A stretch of DNA of 64,000 bases from Candidatus Omnitrophota bacterium (GTDB lineage: Bacteria > Omnitrophota > Gorgyraeia > 2-01-FULL-45-10): positions 44,886-108,885 of the forward strand of contig CAIMPC010000039.1 of the NCBI GenBank assembly GCA_903843285.1, given 5' to 3'. Position numbers and translations under genes: made by a program. The notes below the pieces were generated by a model. The model was given only the letters and a program-made list of their open reading frames with translations, was not told where the DNA came from and did no database searches. Below, one piece after another: positions 29,559 to 39,089 of the stretch; position 1 is the stretch's first letter; each line of letters begins with the position of its first letter.

Positions 29559-31574
29559 ATGTCAAAAGCGCTTGTGATAGTGGAATCCCCGGCGAAAGCC
29601 AAGACGATCAATAAGTTCCTCGGTAATAAGTTTATTGTTACAGCAAGTATGGGACATATCATAGATCTTCCGAAATCTAAGCTCGGCGTCGACGTAGATA
29701 ACGATTTTAAGCCCCAATACATAGTGATGAAGGACAGGAAGAAGAACCTGACGGCGCTTAAGAAAGACGCGAAGGGAACATCGGCTGTATATCTGGCCGC
29801 CGATCCGGACAGGGAGGGAGAGGCTATAAGCTGGCATCTGCAGGGCGCTCTCGCTGAGAAGGATAGGAAATTCTACAGGGTCGAGTTTGATGAAATAACC
29901 AAGGAAGCCGTCACGAACGCATTTAAGCACCCCAGAGAAATTAACATGAACCTTGTCAATGCCCAGCAGGCCCGGCGTATTCTGGACAGGATCGTCGGCT
30001 ACACGCTGAGCCCTCTATTATGGAAGAAGGTATCGAGGGGGTTGTCCGCAGGCAGGGTGCAGTCCGTAGCTGTCCGCCTTATAGTGGAGCGTGAGGACGA
30101 GATAAAGAGGTTTAATCCCAGGGAATATTGGGATATCATTGCCGAGCTTAAGCGTAAGGGCGATGAGCCCGGCAGTAAATTTACTGCCAAACTCGACAAA
30201 TATAACGATAAGAAAGTCGACGTTACGACTAAATTTGATGCCGAGAAGATAACGGCAGATCTGAGCCATTCCGCTTTTACCGTAAGCGACATAAAAGAGT
30301 CAAAGAAACGCAAGAATCCATACCCGCCATTCACCACATCTAAATTACAACAGGAGGCGTTCAATAAGCTAAGGTTTGCCGGGGCAAGAACGATGCACAT
30401 AGCCCAGGGTCTGTATGAAGGTGTTGATATAGGCGATGAAGGTAGTGTAGGTTTGATCACTTATATGAGGACTGATTCGGTAAAGATATCGAAGGAAGCT
30501 TCTGTCGAAGCTAAGCAGTATATACTCGATAAGTTCGGAAGAGAATACTATCCTGAGGTCCCTAACACATACAAATCCAGGAAGTCTGCCCAGGAGGCGC
30601 ATGAATCTATAAGGCCCACATTACCGCTTAGGGAGCCGGGTGTGGTAAAGCAATATCTTAATCCGGATCAATTGAAATTATATACGCTCATCTGGAATCG
30701 GTTCATTGCAAGCCAGATGGCTCAGGCTGTATACTCGCAAACTTCAGTTGATATTAAGGCAGGAGATTATATCTTTAAGGCTTCGTCAACCAGAGTAGTT
30801 TTTGATGGCTACACTATCGTATACGAGCTGGGCAAGGATAAGGATGAATCGAGCGAGGAATCCGGAGCCAGACTTCCGGAGCTATCGCAAAATGAGGCGC
30901 TCGATCTATTGGGGCTTGTTCCGAGTCAGCACTTTACTAAGCCGCCCCCGAGATATTCGGATGCATCGCTCATAAAGGCGCTCGAAGAACTCGGGATAGG
31001 TCGGCCGTCTACATATGCCCCGACGATACATACTATAACCACGCGCGATTATGTCACCAGAGATGCCGGTTATTTCCGTCCCACGGAACTGGGCGCGATC
31101 GTCACGAAGCTCCTCATGAAACATTTTCCGAAGGTATTAGATGTGGAATTCACGGCCAAATTGGAAGATGAGCTTGATGGCATTGAAGAAGGTAAAGTCG
31201 ATTGGGTGATGGTGCTTAAAGGGTTCTATTCGCCTTTCATCCAATCAGTAGAGCAGGCTAAAATCGAGATGGAAGATGTTAAGAAGGAGCTTATTGAGAC
31301 GGATGACATCTGTGAAAAGTGCGGGAAACCTATGGTTATTAAATGGGGGCGTAATGGAAAGTTCTTGAGTTGTTCGGACTATCCGACCTGTAAGAACGCA
31401 AAGTCTATAACGACAGGTGTCAAGTGCCCCACAGGATGCGGCGGCGAGTTAGTTGCCCGTAAATCCAGGCGCGGTAATTTCTACGGCTGTTCCAGTTATC
31501 CAAAGTGCAACTACATCTCTAAAAAATTGCCTAACGAAGCCGAGGAGAAGGCCGAAGACAAGGTTCTGGAATAG
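29559..31574 (+). CDS. topA: DNA topoisomerase I (short form with two C-terminal zinc ribbons)
   Basis: MSKALVIVESPAKAKTINKFLG TOPRIM, active-site Tyr region, and C4 zinc ribbons CEKCGKP...CSDYPTC and CPTGCGG...CSSYPKC. Confidence 0.95.
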   Translation: MSKALVIVESPAKAKTINKFLGNKFIVTASMGHIIDLPKSKLGVDVDNDFKPQYIVMKDRKKNLTALKKDAKGTSAVYLAADPDREGEAISWHLQGALAEKDRKFYRVEFDEITKEAVTNAFKHPREINMNLVNAQQARRILDRIVGYTLSPLLWKKVSRGLSAGRVQSVAVRLIVEREDEIKRFNPREYWDIIAELKRKGDEPGSKFTAKLDKYNDKKVDVTTKFDAEKITADLSHSAFTVSDIKESKKRKNPYPPFTTSKLQQEAFNKLRFAGARTMHIAQGLYEGVDIGDEGSVGLITYMRTDSVKISKEASVEAKQYILDKFGREYYPEVPNTYKSRKSAQEAHESIRPTLPLREPGVVKQYLNPDQLKLYTLIWNRFIASQMAQAVYSQTSVDIKAGDYIFKASSTRVVFDGYTIVYELGKDKDESSEESGARLPELSQNEALDLLGLVPSQHFTKPPPRYSDASLIKALEELGIGRPSTYAPTIHTITTRDYVTRDAGYFRPTELGAIVTKLLMKHFPKVLDVEFTAKLEDELDGIEEGKVDWVMVLKGFYSPFIQSVEQAKIEMEDVKKELIETDDICEKCGKPMVIKWGRNGKFLSCSDYPTCKNAKSITTGVKCPTGCGGELVARKSRRGNFYGCSSYPKCNYISKKLPNEAEEKAEDKVLE

Positions 31575-32447
31575 ATGCAGCGGTACATAGATAAGTTCAT
31601 CAACTATATGAAGGTTGAGAGGAATGCATCGGTCCATACCGTTACGAATTACCTGAAAGATCTCAGCGTATTTAAGGAATTTCTAGGCGATAAAGAGATC
31701 GAATCCATAGACCATCTTGCCCTGCGTCGTTTCCTGGCCGAGCTTCGCGCGAAGAATTACGCGAAGAGGACTGTCGCGCGGAAGCTCGCCTCTTTAAGAA
31801 GCTTCTTCAGGTTCATGTTTCGCGAAGGGCATATAAAGAAGAACCCGATAACTGCGGTCCTTACGCCCAAGCTCGATAAAAAGTTGCCGGTATTCTTAGA
31901 TATAGCTAAGATTAATAGGTTGCTCTCGGTGCCTTCGGATAAAGATTCCGCAGGATTGAGGGACAGGGCGCTATTGGAGACATTATATTCCACGGGTATC
32001 CGCGTAAGTGAGCTTGTGGGTCTGGATATGGATGATATAGATTTCATCAGCGGCGTTGTGAAGGTATTGGGTAAGGGTTCCAAGGAGAGAATTGTACCCA
32101 TAGGCGAGCCGGCTCTATCGGCCATAAGGAAGTCTATCGATGCCAGATGTGCGGATAAGGTTAAGGATAAAGATGCGGTATTCCTAAATAAATCGGGGGG
32201 CCGCCTTACCGATAGGAGCGTCAGGCGGGTCCTCGATAAACACATTAAGACGTGCTGTATAGCGGAAAAGATATCACCGCATAGCCTACGGCATTCGTTC
32301 GCGACGCATCTACTGGACCGCGGAGCGGATTTAAGGAGCGTACAGGAGCTTCTCGGCCATATGAACCTGTCGACTACACAGATATACACCCATGTCACGA
32401 TGGACAGGCTCAAGACGGTCTATGATAAGGCTCACCCGCGGGCGTAA
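31575..32447 (+). CDS. xerC: tyrosine recombinase XerC/XerD family
   Basis: SAM-like N domain and catalytic R..HSLRHSFATHLL..LGHMNLSTTQIYTHV. Confidence 0.85.
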   Translation: MQRYIDKFINYMKVERNASVHTVTNYLKDLSVFKEFLGDKEIESIDHLALRRFLAELRAKNYAKRTVARKLASLRSFFRFMFREGHIKKNPITAVLTPKLDKKLPVFLDIAKINRLLSVPSDKDSAGLRDRALLETLYSTGIRVSELVGLDMDDIDFISGVVKVLGKGSKERIVPIGEPALSAIRKSIDARCADKVKDKDAVFLNKSGGRLTDRSVRRVLDKHIKTCCIAEKISPHSLRHSFATHLLDRGADLRSVQELLGHMNLSTTQIYTHVTMDRLKTVYDKAHPRA

Positions 32448-32493
32448 ACGTGGGGAGATTTTCCGGCTATGCGAGTGCGATAGAAGTGCATGC

Positions 32494-32578
32494 GTCATTC
32501 TGAGGAGGGCTTTAGCCCGACGAAGAATCTAAAAGCAAGATCCTTCGCTTCGCCCTATCGGGCTTCGCTCAGGATGAC
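32494..32578 (+). repeat. repeat family A, 85-bp core-only copy (GTCATTCTGAGG...CTCAGGATGAC)
   Basis: GTCATTCTGAGGAGGGCTTTAGCCCGACGAAGAATCTAAAAGCAAGATCCTTCGCTTCGCCCTATCGGGCTTCGCTCAGGATGAC. Same length and terminal inverted repeats as the divergent copy at 45398-45482. Confidence 0.7.
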
Positions 32579-32619
32579 GATAGGTATCTAATCTGGTTAG
32601 ATACTATGCGAAGGGAAAG

Positions 32620-33912
32620 ATGTTATACGATATAGCGTTTCTGTTGTTTTCGATATTCTACATACCGACCCTGGTATTTAGGGGAAAACTGCACAAAGAT
32701 TTCGCGGAGCGGTTCGGTATATATGGCGATGCTAAAGAAGATGCTCTTTGGAAGGCGCGTGATGTGATATGGATACAAGCTGTGAGCGTGGGAGAGGTTG
32801 CACTATGCAAAAGCCTTATTCCGGAGCTCAGAAGAGAGTATCCGGATCGCTCGATAGTGTTATCGACCATAACACGCACCGGAAATGATCTGGCTAAAAG
32901 GTTATTTTCAAGCGATGCGATCGTGATATATTTTCCGCTCGATTTCTCAGGCCTCGTAAAGCAAGCGATCGATAAAATAAGGCCCAAATTATACGTTATG
33001 ATCGAGACCGAGATATGGCCGAATGTATTGAAAGAGTTGGGTAGAAAACGCGTCCCTGCGATATTGATAAACGGGAGGATCTCGGATCGTTCGTTCGGGA
33101 AGTATAAGGCCGTAAAGAGGTTTTTGGCCAAGACGCTCGATAAGGTAGCGCTATTTTGCATGCAATCGGATGCCGATGCCGAGCGGATAAAAGAGCTTGG
33201 CGCGAAGGGCGATCGGGTAATCGTAACCGGTAATATGAAATTTGATGTTGATATAATTTTGAATAATAAAGCCGCGGGAACTACGGGCCTATTTGGTCTG
33301 GATGGAAGCGATCATATATTTGTTGCAGGTTCGACACATGGCGGTGAAGAAGAGATCGTGGTGTCGGTATATAAGGATCTTTTAAACGAATTTCCGGATC
33401 TTAAGCTGATAATAGCCCCGCGCCACGTCGAGAGGGCATCGGATGTGGAGACTGTAGTGAAGCGTTTTGGTTTTGATGCGGTAAAGATGAGCCGTCCGCA
33501 GGATGGCCCTTCGCCATCGCCAAGAGGTAGTTATCCGGCAAATCACCAAATCTACATTATCGATAAAATCGGGTACCTTAATGACGCTTATTCGATAGCC
33601 GAAGTAGTTTTTGTCGGAGGAAGTTTAATTCCTCATGGAGGGCAGAATCCGATAGAGCCCGCCGTATTTGAAAAGCCGGTACTCTTCGGTCCATATATGT
33701 TTAATTTTAAAGCCGTCGCCGCTTCGCTTATTGAGAATAATGGCGCGCTTCAGGTTAGGGATAAGAAAGAGCTATTGATGAAACTGAGCTATTTGTTAAA
33801 GAACAGAGACTCCAGAATCTCTCTGGGCCTGAATGCCAAGGCCGTAATATTAAAGAGCCGCGGCGCAAGCCGGCGAAATCTTACAGCTATTAAAGAGTTG
33901 ACGCATGATTAA
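32620..33912 (+). CDS. waaA: 3-deoxy-D-manno-octulosonic acid (Kdo) transferase
   Basis: WIQAVSVGEV signature; GT30 family; 430 aa. Confidence 0.85.
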   Translation: MLYDIAFLLFSIFYIPTLVFRGKLHKDFAERFGIYGDAKEDALWKARDVIWIQAVSVGEVALCKSLIPELRREYPDRSIVLSTITRTGNDLAKRLFSSDAIVIYFPLDFSGLVKQAIDKIRPKLYVMIETEIWPNVLKELGRKRVPAILINGRISDRSFGKYKAVKRFLAKTLDKVALFCMQSDADAERIKELGAKGDRVIVTGNMKFDVDIILNNKAAGTTGLFGLDGSDHIFVAGSTHGGEEEIVVSVYKDLLNEFPDLKLIIAPRHVERASDVETVVKRFGFDAVKMSRPQDGPSPSPRGSYPANHQIYIIDKIGYLNDAYSIAEVVFVGGSLIPHGGQNPIEPAVFEKPVLFGPYMFNFKAVAASLIENNGALQVRDKKELLMKLSYLLKNRDSRISLGLNAKAVILKSRGASRRNLTAIKELTHD

Positions 33913-34942
33913 TTTCATATATTCATTGATGACGGATAAGAGAAACGGCGTTATGTGGCTGCCCATTAAGGGACTGCTCTATATATTGTCCCTGGTATAT
34001 GGCCTGGCGATATTCATCAGGGGAATACTATATGCGCTTAGGATATTCAGATCACATAGGGTGAGCCTTAAAGTGATATCGATCGGTAATCTGACGCTCG
34101 GTGGGACAGGTAAGACGCCTTTTTCGATAGCGTTGGCAAATATATTGGAAAGCGAGCTTAAGGTCCCGACGGCGCTACTTATCAGAGGTTACGGCTGGGA
34201 TGAACAGGCTCTTCTTAAAAAGAGATTGCCGGATATTCCGATATTAGTGGGAGAGGATAGGGTTAAATCTGCGCATAAAGCGATCAGGCTGTATGGCAGC
34301 CAATTTGCCATACTCGACGATGGTTTTCAACACTGGGAGCTCGACCGGGATATAGACATAGTGCTGATCGATTCCGGTAGGTCGTTCGGAAACGGGCAGT
34401 TGTTTCCCCGTGGAGTTTTGAGGGAGCCGAAGAGCGCTTTAAAGCGGGCCGATGTGGTCGTATTTACTAAGACAAACAAGAAAGCAACCGATTTAAGCAC
34501 TACAAAAGATATGATATCCGGGATAAACAAAGATGTCGTATTTCTGGAGGCGGTTCATAAACCTTTGCATATACATGATCCTAAGGCGAGAAAGGATCGG
34601 GAGCTATCTTATTTATCCGGAAAAAAAGTAGTGCTCGTATCGAGCATAGGCGATCCTGATTATTTCAATCAGACCGTCAGGGATCTGGGCGCAACGATCC
34701 TGGATCACATGGTGTTCAGTGATCACTATAATTTTAAGTTAAGAGATGTCGAACGTATTATAAAGAACTGTGGCGCGAAGACGCCCGATCTTATTGTAAC
34801 GACCGAAAAAGATGCCGTGAAGTTTGCGCGTATGAGCTTTTCGTTCGGAAACCAAACTATTATGACGCTCGTTATCAATATGGAGATAACCGGCGGCAAG
34901 GAGAAATTAATTGATAGACTTCGTCGCGTACGTATTAGTTAG
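33905..34942 (+). CDS. lpxK: tetraacyldisaccharide 4'-kinase
   Basis: ISIGNLTLGGTGKTPF P-loop, the LpxK signature. Confidence 0.85.
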   Translation: MINFIYSLMTDKRNGVMWLPIKGLLYILSLVYGLAIFIRGILYALRIFRSHRVSLKVISIGNLTLGGTGKTPFSIALANILESELKVPTALLIRGYGWDEQALLKKRLPDIPILVGEDRVKSAHKAIRLYGSQFAILDDGFQHWELDRDIDIVLIDSGRSFGNGQLFPRGVLREPKSALKRADVVVFTKTNKKATDLSTTKDMISGINKDVVFLEAVHKPLHIHDPKARKDRELSYLSGKKVVLVSSIGDPDYFNQTVRDLGATILDHMVFSDHYNFKLRDVERIIKNCGAKTPDLIVTTEKDAVKFARMSFSFGNQTIMTLVINMEITGGKEKLIDRLRRVRIS

Positions 34943-36851
34943 AGTTTTAAATATTATTTTCAGCGTATTGCCTGTAAGCTTTACCCTGTGGCTTGGCCGC
35001 CGCTTGGGAGTCGTCGCGTTTTGGGTGAATAAGAAGAGGCGGTTGATAGCCTACGCGAACCTGAAGGCCGCGTTTGCAAATGAGAAATCTCCCAAAGAGC
35101 TTCGAGCGATAACCAGGCGTGTGTATCAGAATATGGTCCAGACTTTTATGGAGGTGTTGAATCTCACCAAAGTGAACAGGAAGTATGTCGATAAATATGT
35201 GGATATCGTAAATATGGAGCGGATCGAGAATGCCGCTAAGTCCGGCAGGGGCACAGTGCTTTTGACGGCGCATTTTGGGGATTGGGAGCTGTCGAGCCTG
35301 GTAAGCGCCGCGGTGGGGTTTCCTATAACGGTTCTTGTGCGCGAACAAAAGATGAAGCGATTAAATGAAGTGCTGAACAGGCTTAGGGAATCGAATGGCT
35401 GTAAAGTCATCAGTAAGGGCATGGATGTAAAAAACCTTATAAGAACCCTTCGGGATAAAGAGATTGTGGGTATACTTGCCGACCAGGATGCGGGTAAGAG
35501 TGGAATGCTCGTTAATTTTTTCGGCCGCCCCACATCATCTCACTACGGATCCCTGGAAATAGCGAAGCGCACGGACTCCATAATACTTCCCACATTTATA
35601 ATGCGGACTCACGGACCCTACCACAAACTATTTCTCGAGGAGTATATAGATTTCAGAAATATGCAGTCTGAAGATTCTGTAAGGGATAACCTTCAGAAGT
35701 ATATGAGCCTTTTGGAGAAGTACGTCAGGCAGTATCCCGACCAGTGGTTGTGGTTGCATAAGAGGTGGAAATCGACCCCCGTCAGAACTGTTCTCGTCCT
35801 AAGCGATGGCAAGGCCGGACACATGAACCAGTCTCTTGCGATTGCTCATCAGATTCAGAAGGTGAGAATTACGCAGGGTTACAAGGATACGGATACTAAG
35901 ATAGTAGTGATCGATGTTAAGTATAAGAGTAAGTTTGCAAAGACCGCATTAACAATAGCCGCAAACTTTGCATCATGGCGGTGTCATGGCCGTATGGGTA
36001 TCATGAAAGCGTGCCTCGAAAAGGATTCGTATGAAGCGTTGATGAGGACTTATTCGGAATATGTAGTATCTTGCGGTTCCGGTTCGGCGTGCGCGAACGT
36101 CTTTATGGCCAGGGAAAACAATGCGAAGAACATTATAATAATGAAGCCGGGCATGATCGGCCTGTCCCATTTTTCGCTCGCGATCATTCCGAAACATGAT
36201 AAGCCGCCTTCGAGGAAAAACGTTGTAACCACGACTCTCGCTCCGAACCTTATAGATCGCGATAGCATGCATAATTATGGTGAAAAACTTCGGGATCAAT
36301 TAAACATAGAGAAAAATATAGTGCTTGGCGCGATGATAGGCGGCAATAATCCAGACTTTACGATGACTAAAGATATGGTAAATAAGGCAATCTCAGGCCT
36401 GATAGAATTCTGTAAGGCTTATGATGCCGACCTACTACTAACAACATCGCGTCGTACTCCGAAAGAGATAGAGGAGCTTATAAAGGAGCGTCTCGGTAAG
36501 CATAGGTTCTGTAAGATGCTGGTTATCGCCAACCAGAAGAATGCGGAAGGCACAGTCGCCGGAATACTCGATATATGTGATATAGTGGCGGTCTCCGGCG
36601 AATCGGTCTCTATGGTGTCCGAGGCGATACATTCAGGTAAGAAAGTCGTCGTCTTTGGCCTCGAAAAGAGGAAAGAAGGTTTTACAAAATACGAACGTGT
36701 CCTGGATCTTTTAGAGCGGGAGGGATACGTTAATTGCGTTCATCCGTCAGATTTGGGAACGAGACTAGATAAGGTATGGAGAACTGTGCGCGCTATAAAA
36801 AAAGTCGACGATCGCGATAGAACCTTAGAGGCGGTAAAGAGATTATTGTAG
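34911..36851 (+). CDS. lpxL: fusion: lipid A (Kdo2-lipid IVA) late acyltransferase LpxL/HtrB family (N-terminal) + ELM1/DUF1022-like domain (C-terminal)
   Basis: The N-terminal ~290 aa has the LPLAT/HtrB pattern (LTAHFGDWE, TM anchor). The C-terminal ~350 aa (VLVLSDGKAGHMNQSLAIAHQI...) resembles the ELM1/GtrOC1-like putative glycosyltransferase fold. Confidence 0.6.
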   Translation: MIDFVAYVLVRVLNIIFSVLPVSFTLWLGRRLGVVAFWVNKKRRLIAYANLKAAFANEKSPKELRAITRRVYQNMVQTFMEVLNLTKVNRKYVDKYVDIVNMERIENAAKSGRGTVLLTAHFGDWELSSLVSAAVGFPITVLVREQKMKRLNEVLNRLRESNGCKVISKGMDVKNLIRTLRDKEIVGILADQDAGKSGMLVNFFGRPTSSHYGSLEIAKRTDSIILPTFIMRTHGPYHKLFLEEYIDFRNMQSEDSVRDNLQKYMSLLEKYVRQYPDQWLWLHKRWKSTPVRTVLVLSDGKAGHMNQSLAIAHQIQKVRITQGYKDTDTKIVVIDVKYKSKFAKTALTIAANFASWRCHGRMGIMKACLEKDSYEALMRTYSEYVVSCGSGSACANVFMARENNAKNIIIMKPGMIGLSHFSLAIIPKHDKPPSRKNVVTTTLAPNLIDRDSMHNYGEKLRDQLNIEKNIVLGAMIGGNNPDFTMTKDMVNKAISGLIEFCKAYDADLLLTTSRRTPKEIEELIKERLGKHRFCKMLVIANQKNAEGTVAGILDICDIVAVSGESVSMVSEAIHSGKKVVVFGLEKRKEGFTKYERVLDLLEREGYVNCVHPSDLGTRLDKVWRTVRAIKKVDDRDRTLEAVKRLL

Positions 36852-36852
36852 A

Positions 36853-36901
36853 GATGGAGATTTTTCGCCCATAGCGTAAGGGGCTATCTGTCGAGCATCG
36901 A
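36853..36901. repeat. hairpin GATTTTTCG-[31 nt]-CGAAAAATC right after the stop codon
   Basis: Shares the post-stop GATTTTTCG motif that opens repeat B copies at 11064, 22741 and 28278. Confidence 0.45.
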
Positions 36902-36928
36902 AAAATCTACTAGGGCTATGAGGATAAA

Positions 36929-39064
36929 ATGAATATTTTGCAGATACTACCGGCATTGGAAGTTGGAGGGGTTGAGACGGGAACGATTGACCTTGCCCGG
37001 TATCTTGTGAAGAACGGTCATAAAGCGATTGTAGTATCCGGTGGAGGGGCGCTCGTTAAGGAACTTGAGGCGATTGGCTCTCGCCATTATTGTCTCGCCG
37101 TGGGGAAGAAGTCGCTCATAAGTGTTATAAAGATGACCAGAGAGCTTATAGGCATCATACGTCGTGAAAACATAGATATCGTGCATGCGCGCTCGAGGGT
37201 TCCGGCGCTTATTGCGTATTTGGCGTGCAAGAGCACGAGCCGTATTCTAATAACTACAGCGCACGGATATTATAAGAAGCATTTGATGAGTGAGTCGATG
37301 AGTTGGGGAAAGTTCGTAATAGTCGCTTCCAATATAATGGTAAAACATATGGCAGGCTCATTTAACGTGCCGTTCGATCGGATAAGGATGATTCCGAGGG
37401 GAGTAGATCTAAACAGGTTTAATTTAAGGACCGGTAAGACCGGACGCCCGAAAGAGTATGTAATAGGAATGGTATCACGAATAACTCCGCTTAAAGCTCA
37501 TGCAGATTTTATAAGGGCGATAGCGCGAATAAGAGGGCAAATACCGAACCTTAAAGTTGTTGTGGTCGGATCGGCCCCAAAAGATAAATATAGAGAAGAT
37601 GTGGAGCTACTTATAAAACAGCTCGGCCTTTCAGGCACTATAGAGCTTATCGGTGCGCGTCAGGATGTGGCCGGGATAATGGGCGAAATGGATATGTTGG
37701 TTTCAGCGACGATGACGCCGGAAGCATTCGGACGCGTAATAATTGAAGCGCAGGCAATCGGCGTTCCTGTGGTGGCTACGAGAGTAGGTGGTGTAGTGGA
37801 TATTGTAGAGGATAACAAAACCGGACTTTTATGCGAACCTCGCAATCCTGATGATATGGCAGAAAAGATATTAAAATTATACAGAGAGAACGGGCTCGCC
37901 GATAGTATTGTCCTGGCTGCCAGAAAACGTGTTGAGGATGAATTTAATTCGGAAAAGATGATGAAAAGGACGCTCGCAGTATACGAGGAAGCGCTGAAGG
38001 TGCAGAATATACTCGTTATAAAAATGAGCGCCATAGGAGATGTTATATTAAGCATCCCCTCACTGCGGGCCATTCGCGCTAAATACCCGAACGCAAAGAT
38101 TAAAGTATTGACTTCGCTTACTTCGCGAGAGGTGCTGAGCGGATGCCCTTATATAAGCGGCTGTATAATATGCGATTTTAAGGGAAAGCACAAAGGCATT
38201 AAAGGGCTATGGGCGCTTGCTAAGGAATTACGCCGTGAATCTTTTGAGATAGTGATCGATCTTCAGAACAACAGGAAGAGCCACATATTGGCGTGCCTCT
38301 GCCTCGCAGGTCTAAGGTATGGTTATGATAACGGTAAGTTATCGCTTCTTCTGAATCGCAGGATAAAGAACGATGCGCCGTATCTCGATCCGATAGAACA
38401 TCAGTTTAGAGTGCTGAAGATGGCGGGAATGAAACCATCAGATAAGGCCTTGGAATTATGGCCATCGACCCACGATGAGACGGAGATAAATAAATTCTTA
38501 TCGGAAAATTGGGTTAAGCCGGGACAGGGCCTGATTGGCATCAATGTCAGGGCCTCCGCGCGCTGGACGAGTAAGAATTGGCCGGCCGTGCTTATAGCCG
38601 AAACATGCGATCGGCTTGCAAAAGAGTATAACGTCCGTGTCATCCTTACGGGAACTGCGGATGATGCCGCATTTGCCGGCGCTATTGCCGGTTCGGCGAA
38701 TTCAAAACCTATCGTGGCCGCGGGTAAGACCACGGTTATGGAGCTCGCGGCGCTTATAAAACGGTTTAAGGTTTTCCTGACTCCGGATTCTGCGCCTATG
38801 CACGTTGCCATAGCGGTCGGGACGCCCTGCGTGGCGTTGTTTGGCCCCACAGATCCTGCGCGGCACGTAGCGCCGTCTAAGGACTGTGTAATATTGAATA
38901 AGGGTAAGGAGCTAAGGTGTAGTCCTTGCTACAAGAGCGAATGTTCGATGAAGATAACCTGTATGAAGCTGATAACGGTCGATGATGTTATCGGGGCTAT
39001 AAAGGTTTTCATGGCGCGCAAGGACGATGTGCCATGTGAAAATCAAGGGCTTCGGTGTCAATGA
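36929..39064 (+). CDS. fusion glycosyltransferase: GT4 (WaaG-like, N-terminal) + GT9 ADP-heptose:LPS heptosyltransferase (C-terminal)
   Basis: N-terminus MNILQILPALEVGGVETGTIDLARYL and the E-x7-E region are GT4. The C-terminal half (ILVIKMSAIGDVILSIPSLRAIRAKYP ... FGPTDPAR) is GT9. Confidence 0.7.
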   Translation: MNILQILPALEVGGVETGTIDLARYLVKNGHKAIVVSGGGALVKELEAIGSRHYCLAVGKKSLISVIKMTRELIGIIRRENIDIVHARSRVPALIAYLACKSTSRILITTAHGYYKKHLMSESMSWGKFVIVASNIMVKHMAGSFNVPFDRIRMIPRGVDLNRFNLRTGKTGRPKEYVIGMVSRITPLKAHADFIRAIARIRGQIPNLKVVVVGSAPKDKYREDVELLIKQLGLSGTIELIGARQDVAGIMGEMDMLVSATMTPEAFGRVIIEAQAIGVPVVATRVGGVVDIVEDNKTGLLCEPRNPDDMAEKILKLYRENGLADSIVLAARKRVEDEFNSEKMMKRTLAVYEEALKVQNILVIKMSAIGDVILSIPSLRAIRAKYPNAKIKVLTSLTSREVLSGCPYISGCIICDFKGKHKGIKGLWALAKELRRESFEIVIDLQNNRKSHILACLCLAGLRYGYDNGKLSLLLNRRIKNDAPYLDPIEHQFRVLKMAGMKPSDKALELWPSTHDETEINKFLSENWVKPGQGLIGINVRASARWTSKNWPAVLIAETCDRLAKEYNVRVILTGTADDAAFAGAIAGSANSKPIVAAGKTTVMELAALIKRFKVFLTPDSAPMHVAIAVGTPCVALFGPTDPARHVAPSKDCVILNKGKELRCSPCYKSECSMKITCMKLITVDDVIGAIKVFMARKDDVPCENQGLRCQ

Positions 39065-39089
39065 TGAAGATGGCAGAGATTAGTATATA

